Origin: a virus
Lineage: Duplodnaviria; Caudoviricetes
IMG/VR virus record: IMGVR_UViG_3300049023_000048
Location: 1 to 30,390 of that record
Strand: one strand, 5' to 3'
Length of the DNA stretch: 30,390 nucleotides
The notes beneath the pieces are model-generated. The model did no database searches and was not told the DNA's origin. It worked only from the letters and a program-made list of their open reading frames with translations. This document shows positions 15,536-22,783 of the stretch, piece by piece. Within the stretch, counting starts at the first letter, position 1; each line of letters begins with the position of its first letter. Made by a program: the position numbers and the translations under genes.

Positions 15536-15677
15536 AATCGCCGGCGCATTCGGCGCGTCGCTTTGCTGCTCGCGATGGGCACTGCAGCCCTCACCGCCTG
15601 CACCTCTCCCGCCGAACTGGACCGGTGCTTCCACCATCCAGAGCTGCAGTCGACGGCTTGCAAGGTGTAGGCGAGTC

Positions 15678-16994
15678 GTGCGCTTCGGCAGCGTGTGCTC
15701 CGGCATCGAGGCCGCCAGCGTGGCGTGGCGCCCGCTCGGTTGGCGCGCGCAGTTCTTCAGCGAGATCGACGCCTTTCCGTGCGCCGTGCTGAAGCACCAC
15801 TACCCCGACGTGCCGAACCGCGGCGACATGACGCGCTTCAAGGACTGGCCCGATGCAACTCTCGATCTTCTCTGCGGAGGAACACCCTGCCAGTCGTACA
15901 GCAACGCCGGATTGCGCGCGGGGCTGGATGACCCGCGTGGCCAGCTCATGCTCACCTTTGGTGCCATTGCTGCAAGGTATCGGCCCCGCTGGCTGGTTTG
16001 GGAGAACGTCCCCGGCGTACTGTCGAGCAATGGAGGACGGGACTTTGGTGCCTTCCTCGGGCTCCTGGCCTTCATCGGGTATGGGTTCGCCTACCGAGTT
16101 CTTGACGCTCAATTTGTGCGAGTGGACGGCTACGCTCGTGCCGTCCCCCAGCGACGGCAGCGTGTGTTCGTTGTCGGATGTCTTGGAGACTGGCGAAGTG
16201 CCGCAGCGGTACTTCTTGAGCGCGAGAGCCTGCGCGGGGATCCTGCGCCGCGCCGAAGCGCGGGGGCGCGCGTTGCCGCCACACTTACTCGCGGCGCTGA
16301 AAGCGGTGGCCGAGGCGGGTACGCCGGACGGCGACAGGAAGATGACACCAACATCGTCGCGGGCGCAATCCAGTGCACCGGACCCGGCGCAGGATGGCGC
16401 ATCGGCGCGGACGAAGCGGCGGCGAACCAACTCGTCGCCTACGGCGGCAACAACACCAGCGGCTCCCGCGACGTAGCCTCGGCCCTCTCGGCCCACGGCG
16501 GCACCGGCCGCCACGACTTCGAAACCGAGACGTTCATCGCGTTCGACACCACGCAGATCACCAGCCGCGAGAACCGCAGCAACCCACAGCCCGGCGATCC
16601 GTGCCACCCTGTTGCCGCGCACGCGCACGCGCCTGCGATCGCGTTCAACGCGCGGCAAGACCCGATCAACGGCCCGATCAACGGCCCGATCGACACCGAT
16701 CCCAGCGGTGCAGCGGTGCTGCACCAAGCGCGCGTGCGCAGATTGATGCCAATCGAGTGCGAGCGCCTGCAGGGCTTCCCCGATCACTACACCGCCATCA
16801 CCTACCGCGGCAAGCCCGCCAAGGACGGCCCTCGCTACAAGGCCATCGGCAATAGCTGGGCGGTGAACTGCGCGCGCTGGGTGGGGCAGCGCATCGCAAT
16901 GGTCGATGGCGCTATCCTGCCCCAGTGGACGACCCCCGCACCACCTGGCTCCTTGCCTTCACCTACGCCCTGCGAGCGCTTCGGCCGCACCTGA
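15678..16994 (+). CDS. dcm: C5-cytosine DNA methyltransferase (orphan)
   Basis: SVCSGIEA, GGTPCQS, WENVPG, PQRRQRVF, RRLMPIECERLQGFP, RYKAIGNS. Confidence 0.95.
   Translation: MRFGSVCSGIEAASVAWRPLGWRAQFFSEIDAFPCAVLKHHYPDVPNRGDMTRFKDWPDATLDLLCGGTPCQSYSNAGLRAGLDDPRGQLMLTFGAIAARYRPRWLVWENVPGVLSSNGGRDFGAFLGLLAFIGYGFAYRVLDAQFVRVDGYARAVPQRRQRVFVVGCLGDWRSAAAVLLERESLRGDPAPRRSAGARVAATLTRGAESGGRGGYAGRRQEDDTNIVAGAIQCTGPGAGWRIGADEAAANQLVAYGGNNTSGSRDVASALSAHGGTGRHDFETETFIAFDTTQITSRENRSNPQPGDPCHPVAAHAHAPAIAFNARQDPINGPINGPIDTDPSGAAVLHQARVRRLMPIECERLQGFPDHYTAITYRGKPAKDGPRYKAIGNSWAVNCARWVGQRIAMVDGAILPQWTTPAPPGSLPSPTPCERFGRT
15853..16476 (+). CDS. Overprinted ORF in +1 frame of dcm, putative MTase beta subunit
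   Basis: AAGGA RBS 8 nt before ATG; SLSDVLETGEVPQRYFLSARACAGILRRAEARG resembles beta polypeptides of split MTases. Confidence 0.65.
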   Translation: MQLSIFSAEEHPASRTATPDCARGWMTRVASSCSPLVPLLQGIGPAGWFGRTSPAYCRAMEDGTLVPSSGSWPSSGMGSPTEFLTLNLCEWTATLVPSPSDGSVCSLSDVLETGEVPQRYFLSARACAGILRRAEARGRALPPHLLAALKAVAEAGTPDGDRKMTPTSSRAQSSAPDPAQDGASARTKRRRTNSSPTAATTPAAPAT

Positions 16995-17110
16995 GCCACA
17001 AGGTCGCAATGACCATCGCGGCGAATACGTATCCGGCGGGCGGGGATGCGGTGGAGGCGGCCAAGCGGTACAACGAGACGCTCAGCGAGCCTCGAAAGCC
17101 GAAGCGATGA
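16925..17110 (+). CDS. 61 aa hypothetical protein
   Basis: GTG start 6 nt after a TATCCT -10-like box; ATGA overlap with the next gene. Confidence 0.55.
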   Translation: MDDPRTTWLLAFTYALRALRPHLSHKVAMTIAANTYPAGGDAVEAAKRYNETLSEPRKPKR

Positions 17111-17487
17111 AAACCAGGCACCTCTACCGCTGGCGCGTGATCTTTGGCGGCAAGCCATGGGTGACCGGCCACCTCACCAAAGAGAGCGCCGAGCGCGACT
17201 ACGGCAACTACTGCACGCCCGAGCCGGTCGAAGGCTCCCACATCACCGAAGAGGTGCCGGTGACGGAACAGGAGTTCATCGACGCCTTCATGCGCACGCC
17301 TACCGGCCACAGCACGCCGCGCTGCCATCATTGCCGGGGCGAGCGCTGGGTTTGCGTGGATCACCTGCAGCCATGGCCGCACGAGGGCTGCGACGCCGAG
17401 GGCAAGGCGTGCATCTGCAATCCGGATGCGGCCGTCGCCTGGCGCGAGGTGTACGCCGATAACACGCCGAAGGGCACGCCGCAGTAG
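17107..17487 (+). CDS. Hypothetical protein with C-terminal Cys/His zinc-binding motif
   Basis: CHHCRGERWVCVDH...GCDAEGKACICNP. Confidence 0.65.
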   Translation: MKTRHLYRWRVIFGGKPWVTGHLTKESAERDYGNYCTPEPVEGSHITEEVPVTEQEFIDAFMRTPTGHSTPRCHHCRGERWVCVDHLQPWPHEGCDAEGKACICNPDAAVAWREVYADNTPKGTPQ

Positions 17488-17566
17488 CCCAGCGGCCCCC
17501 GTAACGGTGCAGCGGAGCGGCATGTTTTCACGGCCGCGCACCTGAGTCGAGGTCTACCATGCAGGC

Positions 17567-18238
17567 GTGCGATACGCCTTCCTTGCTCTACTCGCTCTGG
17601 TGCTCAACGCCACGGCGGAGCCCGCGCCGGTGCGCATCGCGCTCTACGGCGACAGCACCAACGAAGGCATCGACGGGAGTACGAAGAAGCTAGCCAGCGT
17701 CACGCCGGCGCAGGCATTGCAGACTGCGCTCGAGCGACGGTTCGGTGCTGGTCGCGTGCTGGTGGTCAACCGGGCCATCAGCGGCACCACCAGCCGCGAC
17801 CTTGCCGCGACCGATCGGACCTTCGACTTGGTGGTGATCAACTTCGGCATCAACGATGCGCGCCTCGGCGTGCCGCTGGACGAATACCGCGCGAACCTGC
17901 TGGCACTGCGCCGGCCGGGGCTGGTGCTGAAGACGCCCAACCCACTGCACTCGCGGCCCTACAGCAGCGATGCGCACGCCCAGGCGATGCGCGAGGTGGC
18001 CAAGTCGATTGGCGCGCCGTTGATTGACACGCACGCGCACGTGGGGGGCCTGCTCGATTGGCGGCGGATGGTGCCCGATGGCGTCCACCCGAACGCCGAA
18101 CTCTACGGGCTGGTGGCCGAGGATTCCGCGCGCGTGCTGGCGCCACTGATCGAGCGGGTGCTCGCCGGCAGGTCGGCGGCTACCGCGTCGCCCCAGCGCT
18201 CGCAGCGCTCGCCGGCGGCCGCGGCGCTGTCAGCGTAG
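17567..18238 (+). CDS. Secreted SGNH/GDSL hydrolase (moron)
   Basis: Signal peptide MRYAFLALLALVLNATA; YGDST, NRAISG, FGIND, DGVHP. Confidence 0.9.
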   Translation: MRYAFLALLALVLNATAEPAPVRIALYGDSTNEGIDGSTKKLASVTPAQALQTALERRFGAGRVLVVNRAISGTTSRDLAATDRTFDLVVINFGINDARLGVPLDEYRANLLALRRPGLVLKTPNPLHSRPYSSDAHAQAMREVAKSIGAPLIDTHAHVGGLLDWRRMVPDGVHPNAELYGLVAEDSARVLAPLIERVLAGRSAATASPQRSQRSPAAAALSA

Positions 18239-18732
18239 CCTGCCACTGCTGAAACGCGAGCTGAGCAGCGTCTGAGCACGTCGGCGAGCACTCTGGCGGC
18301 CTCGGCGGCTGCCTGGCGCTCTCGGGCATCGGCGGCACTCGCGCTGGCTTCGGCAGCTCGGGTGGCGTCGGCAACAACGGCGCCGAGCTGAGCCGACAGC
18401 CCGACAGCAGCAGCGTCAGCGCGGCCAACAGCAGCGCGCAGTTTCTCGGCGGTCTGGAATCCATCACGGTCGATGCTCCTGGCAATGTCGGTCAGCATGC
18501 GTTCGAGCTCGCGCTCGCGCGCATCAGCGGCCCGCGCTTTGCGCTGCCATTCGCCCGAGATCGTTGCGGCAGCGGCTTTCTCCGCCTCTCGATCGCGCTG
18601 CTCGTGCGCCAGATCGAGCGCGCCGACGTAGCGCCCTGCCTTGTATCCGCCAGCAGCGCCGATGGCTGCGAGCGCCGCGGCACCGACCAGCCATGCCCAC
18701 CAGGGCGCGAAGCCGAGGAGCTTGCCGAGCAT
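18103..18732 (-). CDS. Rz: Rz-like inner-membrane spanin (DUF2514-like)
   Basis: N-terminal TM, Ala-rich coiled coil, AGYAD...AGERCER; downstream of endolysin. Confidence 0.8.
   Translation of the reverse strand: MLGKLLGFAPWWAWLVGAAALAAIGAAGGYKAGRYVGALDLAHEQRDREAEKAAAATISGEWQRKARAADARERELERMLTDIARSIDRDGFQTAEKLRAAVGRADAAAVGLSAQLGAVVADATRAAEASASAADARERQAAAEAARVLADVLRRCSARVSAVAGYADSAAAAGERCERWGDAVAADLPASTRSISGASTRAESSATSP
18180..18464 (-). CDS. Rz1: Rz1-like outer-membrane lipoprotein spanin, embedded in Rz
   Basis: LLLAALTLLLSGC lipobox and Pro-rich mature part in an alternate frame. Confidence 0.8.
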   Translation of the reverse strand: MDSRPPRNCALLLAALTLLLSGCRLSSAPLLPTPPELPKPARVPPMPESARQPPRPPECSPTCSDAAQLAFQQWQATLTAPRPPASAASAGATR

Positions 18733-19223
18733 CAAGCCAGCCTACCGCCGGCCTGCTCGAACGCAGCCAGCAAGTCATCCTGGCGGCGCTGCGGCTGGCC
18801 GGCGAAGTTGCCCGGCAGGCTCGCCCACTCGGCCGAGCACTTGGCAATGGCGGTCTTGATGCGGCCGGCATGCACGTCTTCGAGCGCGCCGCGGTTGGCA
18901 ATCAGGTAAAGCGCCGCTCGGTCCTGATACTCCGGATCGAAGCTCGGCAGGCGCAGGCGGTCACGGATACCGCGCCACGTTGGCCGGATCATCTGGTACG
19001 CACCGGCCGCCGTGCTCACGCAGCCCGGGCCCTGGCCTGCGTTGCGGCACATCCAGTCCGGCAACTTCTCGCCCATCCACTCACCGGTGATCGACGGGTG
19101 ATCCTTGAAGCTGACGATGGTGTGCTTGTAGCCGTAACACACGCGGTACGGGTCTTCTCCCTTGTCGGTGCCCTCGGCCCACTGGATGAGCTTCAGCACG
19201 GCGCGTTCGTTCTCGAGGATCAT
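18732..19223 (-). CDS. R: Lambda R-type endolysin (lytic transglycosylase)
   Basis: IQWAEGT, STAAGAYQ, QDRAALYLI, EWASLPG; GGAG RBS. Confidence 0.92.
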   Translation of the reverse strand: MILENERAVLKLIQWAEGTDKGEDPYRVCYGYKHTIVSFKDHPSITGEWMGEKLPDWMCRNAGQGPGCVSTAAGAYQMIRPTWRGIRDRLRLPSFDPEYQDRAALYLIANRGALEDVHAGRIKTAIAKCSAEWASLPGNFAGQPQRRQDDLLAAFEQAGGRLA

Positions 19224-19237
19224 GGGACTCTCCTGAC

Positions 19238-19567
19238 TCAGGCTCGGGTTGGCGCCTGCTGCTGTGCGATCTCGCGCGCCAGGCGCCTCGCTCTGAGCGC
19301 CGGGGTCTCGGCGTGCGCGCGCACGTCGGCCTCGAGGTAGATGTAGCCCTTTTGCCCCGGGAACGGCCGGCGCGCGATGGGCATGTGCCGCAGCCCATCC
19401 CGAGTGCAGCCGAGGATCTCGATCGTGCGCTCGTAAGTGAGCCAGCCCTTTGGTACCGGGTTGTGGAAGTGCCACCGATTGCGCTGACTCTTGTTGTCGA
19501 GCACGCTAAGCCGGCCAGCGCCATCCACACGCCGCATCAACTGCTCGATCGGCAGCCTGGCACCCAT
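19238..19567 (-). CDS. Basic protein with possible excisionase/MerR-like HTH
   Basis: WLTYERTIEILGCTRDGLR...YIYLEADV. Confidence 0.55.
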   Translation of the reverse strand: MGARLPIEQLMRRVDGAGRLSVLDNKSQRNRWHFHNPVPKGWLTYERTIEILGCTRDGLRHMPIARRPFPGQKGYIYLEADVRAHAETPALRARRLAREIAQQQAPTRA

Positions 19568-19568
19568 C

Positions 19569-20207
19569 TCACTGCCCTGGCCTGCACGCCACCACGCGCA
19601 CCACGGCATCGCGCAGGTTCCGATCCGGCTTGTCGTCTGCATACGCACAGTACGGCCCTCCGGTGGTCGTCTCCTTGCTGCGCCGTTGGCAGTAGCACCA
19701 GCGCGGCGTTGACTTACCGGCATCGCCGCCATTGCCCTTGATGACGTCCGACACACGGTCGCAGGCCTTCGTGTCGCGCGTGCCGTCGGCCTTGAGGCAG
19801 TACACCGGGCGTGTACCGTCGGTGCTGGTGGGGCGGTCCACCACCCACGTGGCGGCCGGGCGCGGTTGCATGCGGGCCACACACGCCGCCACATCGGCAT
19901 CGGCCACGGTGCGCGTGCGCGCCACGGTCATCTTCTTCAGGTCGGTACCGAACGCATAGCAACCGGCGTCGCGGCAGAACGCTCGGCGCAGCTGCCAGTC
20001 GCCGAACTTGTCGTCGTCCAGGCCCCACCACACTGCGCAGGCGCGGCGTTCTTCGATGTTGGTGTCCATCGTCACCGCCGACAGGTCGGGCATCTTGGTG
20101 ATGGGCCTGTCGGTCACCTGGGCGTGCGCGTTGGCGATACCCAAAACCACGAGGGACAGCACGACGAGTTCGACGGCGAATTCGCGGCAGAGGCGGTGCA
20201 GGTTCAT
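19569..20207 (-). CDS. Secreted cysteine-rich protein
   Basis: Signal peptide ...VVLSLVVLGIANAHA|Q; 10 Cys in the mature part. Confidence 0.7.
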   Translation of the reverse strand: MNLHRLCREFAVELVVLSLVVLGIANAHAQVTDRPITKMPDLSAVTMDTNIEERRACAVWWGLDDDKFGDWQLRRAFCRDAGCYAFGTDLKKMTVARTRTVADADVAACVARMQPRPAATWVVDRPTSTDGTRPVYCLKADGTRDTKACDRVSDVIKGNGGDAGKSTPRWCYCQRRSKETTTGGPYCAYADDKPDRNLRDAVVRVVACRPGQ

Positions 20208-20377
20208 TGCTTCCCTTTCAGCAGGTGCTCGCGCACGTGTTCCAGCAGCAGCACCTGCGCCGCCTTCCAGTCTTCGATGTCGTGCAAGCGCTTGCGCATG
20301 CTCCTGATTTCCCACCAGATCGCACCGCCGATGGCCACCAGCACCCATTGCAACCAGCTGCTGTCTTGCAGGCCCAT
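20204..20377 (-). CDS. 57 aa single-TM plus coiled-coil protein, holin/XhlA-like (absent from ORF track)
   Basis: MGLQDSSWLQWVLVAIGGAIWWEIRSMRKRLHDIEDWKAAQVLLLEHVREHLLKGKQ; GAGG RBS. Confidence 0.65.
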   Translation of the reverse strand: MGLQDSSWLQWVLVAIGGAIWWEIRSMRKRLHDIEDWKAAQVLLLEHVREHLLKGKQ

Positions 20378-20380
20378 GGA

Positions 20381-20656
20381 TCACCTCTCGAACTGCTTGG
20401 GTTGCCCGCGCGACCAATACCGCGCCGTGACCATCTGCACCACCAGCCCGGCCGCCATGTAGCCCGCGATCAACCACGGCAGCCAATGCGGCCTGCCGAA
20501 CGGGATCACCGCCAGCGCAAACGCTGCGCCGCCTTGCGACATCAGCGCCCACCGCACAGGCTCGCGCGTCTGCGCATTCATCTTCACCGCGCGGCACACG
20601 ATGGACACCACCATGCCGGCCGCGATCAACTGAATCAGCACCTGCCAGATGCTCAT
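20381..20656 (-). CDS. 91 aa three-TM membrane protein, holin candidate
   Basis: MSIWQVLIQLIAAG...; GGAGG RBS and ATGA overlap. Confidence 0.7.
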   Translation of the reverse strand: MSIWQVLIQLIAAGMVVSIVCRAVKMNAQTREPVRWALMSQGGAAFALAVIPFGRPHWLPWLIAGYMAAGLVVQMVTARYWSRGQPKQFER

Positions 20657-21006
20657 GCGGCGCCTCCGGTCAGCGCGTCGAGCTTGGCGAGCGCCCATTC
20701 CGTGCGTAGCCCAACGAGGAAACTGATCGCCGCCACCCCCTCGGCGTAGTCGAAGCCAGGCAGCCACTTCGCCCACAGCGCGGCACCGATGAAACCGAAC
20801 GCAGTGGCCAACCCCATGCCGCGGCCGAGAATCAGCAGGCCGTGCCGGAAACCATCGGTCTTGACGCGAGACAGCGCGATGAGCGCCCCAAGGAACGAGA
20901 GTCCGAGGATGAGCACCACTTGGCCGAGCAACGAGCCCAGCGTCGCGGCAAGGAGCCCAAGCAGCAGTGACGCCAAGCTGTCATGAGCGGGGGTGGCTCC
21001 AGTCAT
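20653..21006 (-). CDS. 117 aa multi-TM membrane protein, holin candidate
   Basis: Three to four hydrophobic helices; coupled at both ends. Confidence 0.7.
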   Translation of the reverse strand: MTGATPAHDSLASLLLGLLAATLGSLLGQVVLILGLSFLGALIALSRVKTDGFRHGLLILGRGMGLATAFGFIGAALWAKWLPGFDYAEGVAAISFLVGLRTEWALAKLDALTGGAA

Positions 21007-21377
21007 TTACGTTTCCTCGGAAGCAAGATCCACATGAACCACAGCAGCAGCACGCCGCTGATCAGCGCATAGCGCCATGGCCCGAGCAGCCCGATGCACA
21101 TATCCAGCGCGCGCGGCTTCATCCAGCTCGCAGCGCCGCACGCACCGACCATCAGGCCATCGGCGGCACCCCACGCACCAGCGCCAACGGTCAGCGCCCC
21201 CACGCCTCCCCATTGCCAGCTGAAGACGATGAGCAACGCACACAGCAACGCGAAGCCGAACCCGTTGCCGACGTAGTGCGCCCAGCGGCGCTCATCGGTG
21301 GCCTCGGGCCAGACGTAGTACGCGTAATGGGCCAGCCACACGGCCATGCCGATGGTGCCGGCGGCCAGCGTGCGCAT
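21003..21377 (-). CDS. 124 aa four-TM membrane protein with paired Cys loop
   Basis: MRTLAAG...HYAYYVWP...GACGAASWMKPRALDMCIG...RKRK. Confidence 0.65.
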   Translation of the reverse strand: MRTLAAGTIGMAVWLAHYAYYVWPEATDERRWAHYVGNGFGFALLCALLIVFSWQWGGVGALTVGAGAWGAADGLMVGACGAASWMKPRALDMCIGLLGPWRYALISGVLLLWFMWILLPRKRK

Positions 21378-21568
21378 CACCGCGGGATGGGGCCCGGACC
21401 GCCGCCGCCATTGATGACGACACGGCCGGCGTCCTTGATCGCGCCGAGGCGATCGGCGCCGGCCTTGCGCGCATTGCGGTAGGTCCGTATGAACACCCAC
21501 AACGCCGCAGCGCCGGCGCCGCCGATGCACGAGACCCATGGGTTCGCGAGATTGCTCAGGATATCCAT
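21377..21568 (-). CDS. 63 aa single-TM protein ending GGGGPGPIPR
   Basis: AAGGAG RBS; MDILSNLANPWVSCIGGAGAAALWVFIRTYR... Confidence 0.7.
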   Translation of the reverse strand: MDILSNLANPWVSCIGGAGAAALWVFIRTYRNARKAGADRLGAIKDAGRVVINGGGGPGPIPR

Positions 21569-21687
21569 CTCTGCTCCTTCACTGGCGGCCTGCGCCGAAC
21601 GAGAAACCGATCGATCAAGATCACAGCCAGCCACGTCGCCGTTGAACCGGCAAACAGACCGATGAGCAAGCCATGCTCGAAGGTCAT
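21556..21687 (-). CDS. 43 aa single-TM protein (absent from ORF track)
   Basis: MTFEHGLLIGLFAGSTATWLAVILIDRFLVRRRPPVKEQRWIS; ATGA overlap. Confidence 0.55.
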   Translation of the reverse strand: MTFEHGLLIGLFAGSTATWLAVILIDRFLVRRRPPVKEQRWIS

Positions 21688-22025
21688 GACAAGCCCGCCA
21701 GAAGCGCAAGCACCAAGAGCGGCAACGCCACTGGCAGACCGCCGCGGGCGGTGGCATACACGTCCGCTCGCTCTATCGAATGCGGCGGCGGCCTGTCATC
21801 GGCCATGGCCTCTGCGTTGATGCGCGATTGCCAGCGCTCTACCAACTCGCCGGCGAGGTATGCAGCCAGCTGCGCGACGGCAGCGGCGGTCAAAATCACT
21901 GCCACCTTGGGCCCGAAAGCGAGCACCCCGGCGAGCAACGCAATGCATGCGCACACCGCGGCCACGTTGCTGCCGCGCACTCTGTGGTTTGCCTTGTCGC
22001 CAGGAATGAGTCTGGGTTGCTTCAT
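21684..22025 (-). CDS. VanZ-like membrane protein
   Basis: DKANH...GELVERWQ...D.YAT..GG pattern with TM helices. Confidence 0.55.
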   Translation of the reverse strand: MKQPRLIPGDKANHRVRGSNVAAVCACIALLAGVLAFGPKVAVILTAAAVAQLAAYLAGELVERWQSRINAEAMADDRPPPHSIERADVYATARGGLPVALPLLVLALLAGLS

Positions 22026-22036
22026 GGCTGGTTGCT

Positions 22037-22783
22037 TCACGAAGTCGGGAACGCTGCGGTTGGCGGCGTGAAGTTCGCGGTGTAGCGCGCTACGTTGTTC
22101 GTTATGCGCACCTCGTCGATAGAGCCATTCATGGGCTGCACTCCGAGCGGGTGCATGCCGATGCGGATTGCCGTCGGGTTGTACGCGCCAGCAGGGGAGC
22201 CGCCGGCCGACCACGTGCTCGCCTGCACGGTGCCGTCGATGAAGATCCGATGCACACCGCTCGCGCGTGTCCAAGCGAGGTGCTGAAACGTCGCATTGCT
22301 CAGTGTTGAGGTGCTTGTCGCACGCGTCACTGAGCTGTCGCTCAATCGCAGCTTGTTTGGTTCGGTGCCATGGTTGGATGCCTCGCGGTAGATGTACAGC
22401 GTGTCCGAATCGGCCGTTAGGCGTAAGCAGATCAGCGCCTGCGCCGTGGTCACAGCCTGGGTGCGAAACCAGCCCTCGACTGTGAAGTCGGCGGTGCCGA
22501 TGTTGAAGTCGGGGGTGTCGTTGGCGCTGAGGAAATCGCCCGTGCCGTCAAGCAGGCAAGACCGCGTCCCATACTTGGCGAGCGCGGTGTCAACCTGCGC
22601 ATCAGCGTTCGCTGTGACGGTGCGCGGCGATGAACTGCGGTCGATGAATGACGTGCTCCCATCTACGCCCGTTTCCATGTCGAGCAGCAGCACGACGTTC
22701 GCGAAGTCGGGATCCGTTATCACAAACGGAGTGGCGGCGCGGCCGCCCCTGCCGAGTTGTGCGAGTTGCAGCGACGGAATCAT
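22037..22783 (-). CDS. LamG/ConA-like lectin domain tail-associated protein
   Basis: DPDFANVVLLL, LDGTGDFL, DFTVEGW, HLAWTR, GSIDEVRIT, ARYTANFTPP. Confidence 0.85.
   Translation of the reverse strand: MIPSLQLAQLGRGGRAATPFVITDPDFANVVLLLDMETGVDGSTSFIDRSSSPRTVTANADAQVDTALAKYGTRSCLLDGTGDFLSANDTPDFNIGTADFTVEGWFRTQAVTTAQALICLRLTADSDTLYIYREASNHGTEPNKLRLSDSSVTRATSTSTLSNATFQHLAWTRASGVHRIFIDGTVQASTWSAGGSPAGAYNPTAIRIGMHPLGVQPMNGSIDEVRITNNVARYTANFTPPTAAFPTS

Noticed and set aside
15591-16787. 398 aa antisense ORF over dcm
   Set aside because: No recognisable motifs; explained as a GC-rich shadow of two sense frames
17505-17515. CGGTGCAGCGG as a third cassette left end (similar match near 16703-16716)
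   Set aside because: Lacks the upstream TCAT at the conserved spacing and the CGAGCG-start tail; short GC-rich matches are expected by chance
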